Of a DNA stretch of 59,110 nt, positions 1 to 11,056 are shown one piece after another. The translations under genes and the position numbers were made by a program. Where the stretch lies: contig NIVC01002666.1 in NCBI GenBank assembly GCA_002269645.1, positions 1 through 59,110 of the forward strand, written 5' to 3'. Position 1 is the first letter of the stretch; the number at the start of each line of letters is the position of its first letter. This DNA is from Macrostomum lignano (Eukaryota). The notes below the pieces were generated by a model that saw only the letters and a program-made list of their open reading frames with translations, searched no databases and was not told the origin of the DNA.

Positions 1-224
1 ATGCCGTCCGGCTTGGACCAAGTTGGCCAACAGACGTCAGACTCTTCATCATCGCTGGTGCAGCAGCTGCGGGATCAGCTGGCAGCTAGGGAGACTGAGC
101 TATCTCACCTGCGGCCGAGCTGGACACTGTGAGAAAGTCATCGCCTTCTCCGGCCGCCCAGGCTCCTCGGGTGGCTCCGTTGTCGAAGCCGCAAACCGCC
201 TATTTTCCCGACGACTACGATCAG
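1..224 (+). CDS. USO1: USO1/p115 vesicle-tethering factor, penultimate visible exon (5' truncated; one-base frameshift at ~113)
   Basis: Frame 1 gives ...VQQLRDQLAARETELSHLR and frame 3 continues AELDTVRKSS...PDDYDQ. One G is missing in CGG-GCC. Donor CAG|GTATGC at 224/225 is phase 0 and matches the next exon. Confidence 0.6.
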
Positions 225-334
225 GTATGCAGTATTGATTGGGGCATTGTGTACTTTGTGAGCCGGTCTTCAGCTAATGTTATCCTTTTTATCTCTTGCA
301 TGAGCCTTCCACCACTAGACCTAAACAGCCTCAA

Positions 335-811
335 CCTAGACCTGAGTCACTCCATCATCCTAGACCTGAGTCACTCCATCATCCTAGACCTGAGTCACTT
401 CATCATCCTAGACCTGAGTCACTCCATCATCCTAGACCTGAGTCACTCCATCATCCTAGACCTGAGTCACTTCATCATCCTAGACCTGAGTCACTCCATC
501 ATCCTAGACCTGAGTCACTCCATCATCCTAGACCTGAGTCACTCCATCATCCTAGACCTGAGTCACTCCATCATCCTAGACCTGAGTCACTCCATCATCC
601 TAGACCTGAGTCACTCCATCATCCTAGACCTGAGTCACTCCATCATCCTAGACCTGAGTCACTCCATCATCCTAGACCTGAGTCACTCCATCATCCTAGA
701 CCTGAGTCACTCCATCATCCTAGACCTGAGTCACTCCATCATCCTAGACCTGAGTCACTCCATCATCCTAGACCTGAGTCACTCCATCATCCTAGATCTG
801 AGTCACTTCAT
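335..811. repeat. 24-bp minisatellite (CTAGACCTGAGTCACTCCATCATC)n, ~20 copies, in the USO1 intron
   Basis: Near-perfect tandem copies read directly. Confidence 0.95.
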
Positions 812-864
812 GAAGCATGTCACCTGAAGCATGTCACGGCAGACCTGAATCACGCCTCGCCCAG

Positions 865-1265
865 GTGAAGCTGGAGAACGCCCAATACCGGGAGCGCATC
901 GCGGAGCTGGAAGAGCAGGTAGCTGAGGTGGCCAAGCTGTCGGCTCTACGCGACAGCCTTCAGCGGCGCATTGACGAGCTGCTGGTGATCGAGGCCGAGC
1001 GGGACCAGCTCCGAAGCGAGCTGGCACAACAGCAGCAGCCGGAGGATACTCAGGAGCTCAAGCAGCAGCTAGATGAGCTCACTAGCGAGCGCGACAATCT
1101 CAAATCTGAGAACGAAGACCTCTTAGTGTTGCTTAGCGACCAAGACTCCAAGCTGGAGGCTCTCGTGAACAGGTGAAAAGTCTGGGCGGCAAAGTTGACG
1201 AAGAGGACGACGAGCCCGTCGATCTTGAAGAGGGCAGCGATGGTGCAGAGTACGAGGATAATTGA
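865..1265 (+). CDS. USO1: USO1/p115 last exon: coiled coil plus acidic tail (one-base frameshift at ~1173)
   Basis: Acceptor CCAG|GTG at 864/865. ENEDLLVLLSDQDSKLEALVNR continues in another frame as VKSLGGKVDEEDDEPVDLEEGSDGAEYEDN*. This matches the p115 C-terminal motif (DLLVLLADQD..I..LK.KLKDLG.PVEEEDE). AATAAA at 1338. Confidence 0.8.
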
Positions 1266-1484
1266 GCTGCGGATAAGACGCCACTTTCCATTTCTATATA
1301 AGCTTACCAAATCTTGAGGGAATGCGGTGTGTCAGTTAATAAAGCCCTTTGTCTCTGTGTAAGTCATATATAGTCATTTAGCTATTCGTGTGTGCCTGCA
1401 TAGATTAATTATGCTAATTATGTATTGATTTGCTTTGCTCCGGGTTCTTGTATCTATTGTAGTCACAATTATTTTATTATTAAA

Positions 1485-1955
1485 TTGTTTAAGCGTCAAC
1501 TTGGGTGTTTAAGAATCAAAATGCGTGTTTAAGAATCAAAATTGTTGTTTAAGCATGAAATTTTGTGTTTAAGCATCAAATTGGGTGTTTAAGAATCAAA
1601 ATGGTTGTTTAAGCATCAAATTGAGTGTTTAAGAATCAAATTGAGTGTTTATGCATCAAATTGAGTGTTTAAGAATCAAAATGGGTGTTTAAAAGCATCA
1701 AATTGGGTGTTTAAGAATCAAATTGGGTGTTTAAAAGCATCAAATTGGGTGTTTAAGAATCAAATTGGGTGTTGAGGAATCAAATTGGGTGTTTAAGAAT
1801 CAAATCGGGTGTTTATGCATCAAACTGGGTGTTTAAGAATCAAAATGGGTGTTTAAGAATCAAATTGGGTGTTTAAGAATCAAATTGGGTGTTCAAGAAT
1901 CAAATAGGGTGTTTATGCATCAAATTGAGTGTTTACGCATCAAATTGAGTGTTGA
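1485..1955. repeat. ~20-bp degenerate minisatellite (TTGGGTGTTTAAGAATCAAA)n
   Basis: Tandem copies with AAGAAT/AAGCAT/ATGCAT variants. Confidence 0.9.
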
Positions 1956-2617
1956 AAAGCATTATATCGAACAGTACTGCAGATGCAGTGTTAATTACCC
2001 ATGGCTTAGTTCAATCGGTTCTCCTTACTCTCCTGTGGTATTAAACCTCTGCACCAATACTCTGCGGTGGCTGGCAATGACATTTGTTTTGCTTTTATTT
2101 ACTGATTGTCAATCCAATGATTGCACATCCATCTATATTCAGGGTCATACATGTTTAATGTACGGCTAATCTTGTCAAATATTACACTTACTCATTAATC
2201 ATTTACTTACCTGGTTGCCACCCAATACTCGAAAGCAGAATTTCAGACCAGCGGGTGTTTGGTTTGGCTCCAGTTGCTCTTGTGCATGCAGTGACTTACT
2301 GCTTTCGTTGCCTAAATATGTTTTTAATTCCTTCAATTTGAAATTGCTTTTGTTTGATCAGTGTACCTGTTCCTTTCTTGCGTGTTACTGTTGTTTAAAG
2401 TTGCTACAATATTTGTCAATTTTTCTGAGATTTCTGATCGAGGCGAAACATTTTCATTAGGTACCGTATGGTTGTATTGTCGATTATATATAGACTGTTA
2501 ATCTATGCAAATATATATTGTTTTTAATGCCAATGCGCGTTTGACGTGTTTGAACTGCTCCTCTTGTCGTTTTGGAACACCAAAAATAATAATCTCACTG
2601 TACTTTAAATTGCCCAC

Positions 2618-4307
2618 TATTCACCCATAGAATCGCCCTCTATTCACCCATAGAATCGCCCTCTATTCACCATAGAATCGCCGTTTATTTACCCAAAGAA
2701 TCGCCCTCTATTCGCCCATAGAATCGCCCTCTAATCAATCATAGAATCGCCCTCTACTCACCCATAGAATCGCCCTCTAATCAATCATAGAATCGCCCTC
2801 TACTCACACATAGAATCGCCCTCTAATCAATCATAGAATCGCCCTCTATTCGCCCATAGAATCGCCCTCTATTCGCCCATAGAATCGCCCTCTATTCGCC
2901 CATAGAATCGCCCTCTAATCATCCATAGAATCGCCCTCTATTCACCCATAGAATCGCCCTCTATTCGCCCATAGAATCGCCCTCTATTCGCCCATAGAAT
3001 CGCCCTCTATTCACCCATAGAATCGCCCTCTATTCACCCATAGAATCGCCCTCTATTCGCCCATAGAATCGCCCTCTATTCACCCATAGAATCGCCCTCT
3101 ATTCACCCATAGAATCGCCCTCTATTCGCCCATAGAATCGCCCTCTATTCACCCATAGAATCGCCCTCTATTCACCCATAGAATCGCCCTCTATTCACCC
3201 ATAGAATCGCCCTCTATTCACCCATAGAATCGCCCTCTAATCACCCATAGAATCGCCCTCTATTCACCCATAGAATCGCCCTCTATTCACCCATAGAATC
3301 GCCCTCTATTCACCCATAGAATCGCCCTCTATTCACCCATAGAATCGCCCTCTATTCACCCATAGAATCGCCCTCTATTCACCCATAGAATCGCCCTCTA
3401 TTCACCCATAGAATCGCCCTCTAATCAATCATAGAATCGCCCTCTACTCACACATAGAATCGCCCTCTAATCAATCATAGAATCGCCCTCTACTCACCCA
3501 TAGAATCGCCCTCTAATCAATCATAGAATCGCCCTCTACTCACACATAGAATCGCCCTCTAATCAATCATAGAATCGCCCTCTACTCACACATAGAATCG
3601 CCCTCTATTCACCCATAGAATCGCCCTCTATTCACCCATAGAATCGCCCTCTATTCACCCATAGAATCGCCCTCTAATCAATCATAGAATCGCCCTCTAC
3701 TCACACATAGAATCGCCCTCTAATCAATCATAGAATCGCCCTCTACTCACACATAGAATCGCCCTCTAATCAATCATAGAATCGCCCTCTATTCGCCCAT
3801 AGAATCGCCCTCTATTCGCCCATAGAATCGCCCTCTATTCACCCATAGAATCGCCCTCTAATCAATCATAGAATCGCCCTCTACTCACACATAGAATCGC
3901 CCTCTAATCAATCATAGAATCGCCCTCTACTCACCCATAGAATCGCCCTCTAATCAATCATAGAATCGCCCTCTACTCACACATAGAATCGCCCTCTAAT
4001 CAATCATAGAATCGCCCTCTACTCACCCATAGAATCGCCCTCTAATCAATCATAGAATCGCCCTCTACTCACCCATAGAATCGCCCTCTAATCAATCATA
4101 GAATCGCCCTCTACTCACACATAGAATCGCCCTCTAATCAATCATAGAATCGCCCTCTACTCACCCATAGAATCGCCCTCTAATCAATCATAGAATCGCC
4201 CTCTACTCACACATAGAATCGCCCTCTATTCGCCCATAGAATCGCCCTCTATTCACCCATAGAATCGCCCTCTATTCACCCATAGAATCGCCCTCTATTC
4301 ACCCATA
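2618..4307. repeat. 23-bp minisatellite (TATTCACCCATAGAATCGCCCTC)n with 46-bp dimer blocks
   Basis: Tandem copies; alternating TAATCAATC/TACTCACAC variants in places. Confidence 0.95.
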
Positions 4308-4356
4308 AAATCTGTGTGCACCCGCTGCTCAGCTAGCGGCAGGCAAACAGGTCATC

Positions 4357-4665
4357 ATGAAGTTCAACAAGAACGTCACCAGCTCGAAGCGCAAGAATCG
4401 GCAGCGCTATTTCAACGCCCCGTCGCACATTCGCCGCAAGCTGATGTCCGCCCCCCTGTCCAAGGAGCTGCGCTCCAAATACAATGTCCGCTCCATGCCG
4501 ATTCGCAAGGACGACGAAGTCCAGCTGGTCCGGGGTCACCACAAGGGCAGCCAGACTGGCAAGGTCGTGGCCGTCTACCGCTCCAAATACGTCATCCATG
4601 TGGAGCGAATCCAGCGGGAAAAAGCTAACGGCGCCACTGTCTACGTTAACCTGCACCCCAGCAAG
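4357..4665 (+). CDS. RPL26: 60S ribosomal protein L26 (uL24), coding exon 1
   Basis: [39 protein letters not shown]...HPSK; donor AAG|GTGAGC, phase 0. Confidence 0.97.
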
Positions 4666-5509
4666 GTGAGCTCGCCGCTCTGTTGGTGTATTTTTTATGT
4701 CTGTTCTCCCTTCTACTCTTGCGTGTCATCTCTACTCTCACTTGTCATCTCTACTCTTGCGTGTCATCTCTACTCACTTCTTCCTTCTACTCTTGCGTGT
4801 CATCTCTACTCTCACTTCTCATCCCTTCCTAATGTGATCGCGCCCATATCCATTTTCTCTCAAGGCGCCCCTCTGGTCTATCATTTTCTCTGTCAGTCAG
4901 GCTAGGGCATCAGTGCTAATTTCTAAATACATTGATCAGACTGACAAAGTAAGTACCTTCTCCTTGCCCTTCTCCCCCATCTCGTTCCTCATCTAGTCCC
5001 GCCTTACTACGCTTCAGCTGGGTCAAATTGATTGCCTAGAAATCGTATTAGCAGTATATTAATTGTACTAGTGTGTAAGAATATGTATATGCAGTACTAC
5101 AGTATGCACTTGACTTGTGTTTGTATATTGACTTTGGACTAGTGTGTAAATTCTATGTCTGCTGCGTTATCAGGCATAGGCGCAAAATTAATACATTACT
5201 TTCACACTGAATGCTGACCCTGCTGTAGTGCTTTTGTATATGTATGTGTGTTTTTCTTAAGCCCTCTGTTTGTCTCTTTCTGACACTCGACTGTGGCTCC
5301 GCTTGCCTACCTGCTGGAAGCTGGAGAGGTGGGGGCTGGTTGGATGATGGGCAAAAGCCTTCAAACAATTCCAGAAATTCGACAACACGGACCCACTTTG
5401 CCCAGTATGCTAGGAAACAGAATATATAGTGGCAAGTTCCGAAAAAATAATGCTATTCACCCTAAAACTGTGGAGGTTCTCTTTTTTGTGATGCTGTTGT
5501 GCACACACA

Positions 5510-5532
5510 GGCAGACAAACAGACAGACAAAC

Positions 5533-5621
<89 letters not shown>

Positions 5622-5640
5622 GGCAGACAGACAGACAGAC

Positions 5641-5699
<59 letters not shown>

Positions 5700-5896
5700 T
5701 AGACAGACAGAGAGACACTAAGACAGACACACAGACACTAAGACAGAGACAGAGAGACAGACAGACACTAAGACAGACACATAGACAGACAGACACTAAG
5801 ACAGATACACAGACAGACAGACGGACAGATAGATACAGACAGATAGACAGAGACAGACACACATACAGACAGACAGTCAGTCAGTCAGTCAGTCAG
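5510..5896. repeat. (ACAG)n microsatellite grading into (TCAG)n, in the RPL26 intron
   Basis: Direct reading. Confidence 0.95.
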
Positions 5897-5923
5897 CCGT
5901 CTGCCCCCCCCTCCCGCTGCCAG

Positions 5924-6046
5924 GTGGCCATCACCAAGCTGAAGCTGGACCGCAACCGCAAGGACCTGCTGGACCGGAAGGCCCGCGGCAGACTGCGCGG
6001 CGCCGAGAAGGGCAAGTACACCGAGGCTGACGCGGCGGAGAACTGA
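5924..6046 (+). CDS. RPL26: 60S ribosomal protein L26, coding exon 2
   Basis: Acceptor CCAG|GTG; VAITKLKLDRNRKDLLDRKARGRLRGAEKGKYTEADAAEN*. Total 143 aa. Confidence 0.95.
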   Translation: MAITKLKLDRNRKDLLDRKARGRLRGAEKGKYTEADAAEN

Positions 6047-6489
6047 GCTGTCCGGCCATGCTGAACATTTCTATTTGCCTGTTTCGTGTGCCCGCGATTG
6101 TCAAGCAAACTTTATTAGTTGTAATAACAAATACACACAGACAGCCTGTGAGCTTTGACACTGGATTGAAAAAAAAAATGAATTTTTGTCATTTGTGTCT
6201 AAATTAATTTCACTCCCAATGATGACTAAGGCAATTATACATAGTGCCGACCAATCAGTCGGGGAGTGACCTGATCTGGCCAGATCTGACCTGACTGCGG
6301 AACTCGCTGACATGCGTAATTTTGATAGATTGCTCTGTTGAGGCCTTGGCTCATTCGTGACTTTTCCCTGGCAAAACTTCGGATTGAATTGCAAATCAGT
6401 GGCCAAAACTGATTGATTTGATGTGATAATAAAGTTGACAGCCAACATTTTTGTCAGTTTGAGCGTACAGAATGATTAAGATGTGTCCT

Positions 6490-8121
6490 GCCCTGTTCTC
6501 TAAGTCCCAATCCTGCTCTCTGAGTCCCAGCCCTGCTCTCTGAGTCCCAATCCTGCTCTCTGAGTCCCAATCCTGCTCTCTGAGTCCCAATCCTGCTCTC
6601 TGAGTCCCAGCCCTGCTCTCTGAGTCCCAATCCTGCTCTCTGAGTCCCAGCCCTGCTCTCTGAGTCCCAATCCTGCTCTCTGAGTCCCAATCCTGCTCTC
6701 TGAGTCCCAGCCCTGCTCTCTGAGTCCCAATCCTGCTCTCTGAGTCCCAATCCTGCTCTCTGAGTCCCAATCCTGCTCTCTGAGTCCCAGCCCTGCTCTC
6801 TGAGTCCCAATCCTGCTCTCTGAGTCCCAATCCTGCTCTCTGAGTCCCAATCCTGCTCTCTGAGTCCCAATCCTGCTCTCTGAGTCCCAATCCTGCTCTC
6901 TGAGTCCCAATCCTGCTCTCTGAGTCCCAATCCTGCTCTCTGAGTCCCAGCCCTGCTCTCTGAGTCCCAGCCCTGCTCTCTGAGTCCCAATCCTGCTCTC
7001 TGAGTCCCAATCCTGCTCTCTGAGTCCCAATCCTGCTCTCTGAGTCCCAGCCCTGCTCTCTGAGTCCCAATCCTGCTCTCTAAGTCCCAATCCTGCTCTC
7101 TGAGTCCCAGCCCTGCTCTCTGAGTCCCAATCCTGCTCTCTGAGTCCCAATCCTGCTCTCTGAGTCCCAATCCTGCTCTCTGAGTCCCAATCCTGCTCTC
7201 TGAGTCCCAGCCCTGCTCTCTGAGTCCCAATCCTGCTCTCTGAGTCCCAATCCTGCTCTCTGAGTCCCAGCCCTGCTCTCTGAGTCCCAATCCTGCTCTC
7301 TGAGTCCCAATCCTGCTCTCTGAGTCCCAATCCTGCTCTCTGAGTCCCAGCCCTGCTCTCTGAGTCCCAATCCTGCTCTCTGAGTCCCAATCCTGCTCTC
7401 TGAGTCCCAATCCTGCTCTCTGAGTCCCAGCCCTGCTCTCTGAGTCCCAATCCTGCTCTCTGAGTCCCAATCCTGCTCTCTGAGTCCCAGCCCTGCTCTC
7501 TGAGTCCCAATCCTGCTCTCTGAGTCCCAATCCTGCTCTCTGAGTCCCAATCCTGCTCTCTGAGTCCCAGCCCTGCTCTCTGAGTCCCAATCCTGCTCTC
7601 TGAGTCCCAATCCTGCTCTCTGAGTCCCAGCCCTGCTCTCTGAGTCCCAATCCTGCTCTCTGAGTCCCAGCCCTGCTCTCTGAGTCCCAATCCTGCTCTC
7701 TGAGTCCCAATCCTGCTCTCTGAGTCCCAATCCTGCTCTCTGAGTCCCAATCCTGCTCTCTGAGTCCCAATCCTGCTCTCTGAGTCCCAGCCCTGCTCTC
7801 TGAGTCCCAGCCCTGCTCTCTGAGTCCCAATCCTGCTCTCTGAGTCCCAGCCCTGCTCTCTGAGTCCCAATCCTGCTCTCTGAGTCCCAATCCTGCTCTC
7901 TGAGTCCCAATCCTGCTCTCTGAGTCCCAGCCCTGCTCTCTGAGTCCCAATCCTGCTCTCTGAGTCCCAATCCTGCTCTCTGAGTCCCAGCCCTGCTCTC
8001 TGAGTCCCAATCCTGCTCTCTGAGTCCCAATCCTGCTCTCTGAGTCCCAATCCTGCTCTCTGAGTCCCAGCCCTGCTCTCTGAGTCCCAGCCCTGCTCTC
8101 TGAGTCCCAGCCCTGCTCTCT
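6490..8121. repeat. 20-bp minisatellite (TGAGTCCCA[AT/GC]CCTGCTCTC)n, ~80 copies of two variants
   Basis: Exact 20-bp period; explains the 588/516/316/224-aa repeat ORFs. Confidence 0.97.
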
Positions 8122-9778
8122 AAATGCGAGTCTCACCACCTGGAACCAAGCCAAAACCTGTGTGGCTGCACAGTTGCCAATCAATTTCCTGAGCAGTCCG
8201 TGAGCTAGCCCAGCAATCAATGCGGTTTGTCAGCTGTCAATTTTCATAGAATTACTGAACGGCTGGGCTCCTGAGAGGTTAAAGCTGCGATCTGTCTTGA
8301 AGTGCGCGGGCAGTTTAATGATTTTCGGATCAGTGTCGTCTATTCTGCACCTATTGGGCGACCTGAGTGCGAAAGTAGCAAGTACTACCTGCTGGCTTGA
8401 GTTACTTGAGTGTCACAGTAATGTGCCAAAGACTTACTGCTTCAAATATCAACTTTGAGGGTTGCCAGTGGTTGATGCAAAGAATCAACAGTTCCGAGAG
8501 AATTTACGTAGATAGAAGTACACTATTCTGAGACGGAGCAGTTTTTACTTTAGCTGGTCAAAATTCAATCATATTCGGACAAAAAAGACATGATTGCTTC
8601 ATTCGCAACCCGGCAACTTCAGAAGATAAGATGACATGCGTGAGTAGGAGCTCTTGTGCGTTGGCTTTATTCATGAGATCTTTTTACTGCACTTCAATTT
8701 TTAAAGTGAGCAGCAAAAATACTAGCATTGGTGTGCAAAAATCAACGCATACAAGTAGGGGGATTGGGGTAATCCTAGATCTGGCGCCAACTGCTGTGTG
8801 TGCAGTGCGCGGCCACATCTGGTCAACGCGCACAATGCGACCGCCCCAAGCACGCCTCGGTCGACTTTGAGATCTGGTGCTGGGTCAGGGGAACCTTTTA
8901 CAACAGAATCTGGAGTAGTCAAGGCCTCCTCTGAACAACACTCACTTTCGGACACTAAACAATTAGGGCTATTGTAGTACATGCATATTGTACGAGCTAT
9001 GTTCAGTCGGGGCATAGGGACACTGTCCTGGCATTTGAGATTATTGCTATAAGGGAACCATCTAGAGGTCAAATGAGGTCATGCTGTATCGATTTTTAAT
9101 TTACGGTGACAAGAAGTTACTGTATGAAGTTTGGAAATGAGGGGGTTTCCAGTCCAGATTCTATGTTGGAGGTGTCCTTGGCTAAGCCAGGGATCCCGCC
9201 TCTACACTTGGCAAAATCGATATCTCCCGTCTGGCTTCTACAGGCGGCAGAGTGTCGGGTTCAGCAAGTTGCTGCTACATAATAATCTAATCTATCCAGA
9301 CAGAGGGGTTTGACGCGATTAAATCTGCGCTTAGCGCTACCCAAAATGCGGCAGCGCAATACGAATAATTGTAGGGTTTATTTATAGCTCGCTCGCTAAG
9401 CGCGGACACGCCGCTGCTGGCCGGCGGATCTTATCAACAGCACATTATTTGTGCCTTGAGTCTGGGCTGTGTCGCTGGAGGCAATCGCTACACAAGGGAG
9501 GGGAGAGGGGCATGATGGGACAGAATGTGTGGACAGCTGCTCACGGGAGAGTGGCCATGGCCAGCACTTGCTCGGCTGCAGCAATCCGAGCTCTTCATCC
9601 GAGTGACAGTTCGAATTACCATCGGATTAATGTATAGCCTTTGGATTGGGAAAAATCGGCATCAAATCTGTTTGCAGCTGCCGAGTGCAAGCAAATATGG
9701 ACTATGGCGGGGTGACGGGACTGCTGCAGTAGCCTACCGGCCTACCGGTTAAATGCTATGTACGTAGTAACATCGCAT

Positions 9779-10384
9779 TCAGCTTAGCCAGAAATTCTGC
9801 AAAGTACGCAGGGTTCTTCTGTCAAGCAAGCCAAAGCTCTCAGTTTCTGAGCTACAAGCCGGGCGTCTCAGCCGGAGCGATAGGCGCGAGTTGAGCAGCT
9901 TCGTCCGGGTCGGAGTCGTCCGCGACAGTCGGCTGCTGCTGCTGTATGAGAAGCAGGACTGGCCGTTCCGCGCCCAGTGGCACCGTCGGAGCGATGCCGC
10001 TGCCGCTGTCGCTGTCGCTGTTGGCGCCGTCGCCGGACCTCCGCCTCGGCCACAGCAGAACCGACGCAACAGTAGGCGCCGAATCCGGCGCCGGCGCTTG
10101 GCGCGAGCGAGACGCCGGCTGAGCTTGCGGCGCCAAGCCACCCGACGCTCCGGCTCGCAGAAGTCGACGCGAGCGGCGTTGAGGTCGGACTGCAGGCTGC
10201 TGCCGGCAGACAGGCGGAGCAGCACGGCGTCGCACAGCATGGAGGACAGGCCGAACAGGGCCAGGCCGCTGCCCAGGTTCATCGACAGGCAGTAGAAGCT
10301 GAACTGGCCGCCTTCGCCGGACACTGTGACCGAGATCTTCACGCCGCGAGCCCGGATCAGCATGCGGCGCGGCTGGCCGTCCAC
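9779..10384 (-). CDS. P2X purinoceptor-like channel, exon 2 (TM2 and basic C-tail)
   Basis: Acceptor C-run-CAG|GTG; VDGQPRRMLIRARGVKISVTVSGEGGQFSFYCLSMNLGSGLALFGLSSMLCDAVLL is the P2X beta14-TM2 region. Confidence 0.85.
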   Translation of the reverse strand: MDGQPRRMLIRARGVKISVTVSGEGGQFSFYCLSMNLGSGLALFGLSSMLCDAVLLRLSAGSSLQSDLNAARVDFCEPERRVAWRRKLSRRLARAKRRRRIRRLLLRRFCCGRGGGPATAPTATATAAAASLRRCHWARNGQSCFSYSSSSRLSRTTPTRTKLLNSRLSLRLRRPACSSETESFGLLDRRTLRTLQNFWLS

Positions 10385-10726
10385 CTGGGGGGGGGGGACA
10401 GGGGGTGTCAGGATTTTTAGATAATGAGTCACAGATCAAGGCATTAGGGGTAGGCAAGCATCTGCCAGACGGGTATGTAACCCAATTTTGAACGTTATGA
10501 ACTCATGAACTCGCTCATGTCATGAACTCATGAACTGACAAAGTCATAGGCTCGCGAACTCATAAAGTACCTCAAGCACTCATTCACCCGGGGTGTACAG
10601 CGGCAATGGCCTGTTCTCCTATCAGGCAGAGCACTCAAGCCGATCGCACTAAAAGCCCTAATCAGATAAGCGAGCGCAGCCGCTGAGTGAGGTCAGTTCG
10701 TGAATGACGCCAGCATGAATTCACGA

Positions 10727-11039
10727 GTGACTTCATGAGTGACCTCATGACTGAGTTCATGACTGAGTTCATGACTGAGTTCATGACTGAGTTCATGACT
10801 GAGTTCATTAGTGAGTTCATTAGTGAGTTCATGAGTGAGTTCATTAGTGAGTTCATGACTGAGTTCATGACTGAGTTCATGACTGAGTTCATGACTGAGT
10901 TCATTAGTGAGTTCATTAGTGAGTTCATGAGTGAGTTCATGACTGAGTTCATGACTGAGTTCATTAGTGAGTTCATTAGTGAGTTCATGAGTGAGTTCAT
11001 TAGTGAGTTCATTAGTGAGTTCATTAGTGAGTTCATGAC
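10727..11039. repeat. 12-bp minisatellite (GAGTTCATGACT/GAGTTCATTAGT)n in the P2X intron
   Basis: Direct reading. Confidence 0.95.
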
Positions 11040-11056
11040 AGTTCCGCCCCGCTCAC

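Noticed and set aside
1168-1180. Programmed frameshifting or TGA recoding to explain broken host ORFs
   Set aside because: No shared slippery motif or stimulator. TGA is used as a normal stop in RPL26 and P2X, and homopolymer error is simpler.
2205-2214. ACTTACCTGG resembling the U1 snRNA 5' end
   Set aside because: No downstream U1 stem-loops or Sm site; it is simply the reverse complement of a donor consensus.
6212-6295. Possible C/D snoRNA (ATGATGA ... CTGA) near RPL26
   Set aside because: It lies 3' of the gene, not in an intron. The stem CACTCCC/GGGAGTG closes before the D box, and no guide complementarity was recognised.
6396-8220. Long ORFs over tandem repeats (also 129-868, 11571-13054, 13357-14383, 21438-24602, 33348-33972, 38635-39729, 44926-45837, 55402-56347)
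   Set aside because: They are open in several frames at once, are purely periodic translations of stop-free units, and many lie inside introns defined by flanking exons.
8631-9072. Short ORFs between the 20-bp array and P2X
   Set aside because: No recognisable domain, no consistent splice phases and no codon bias like the true exons.
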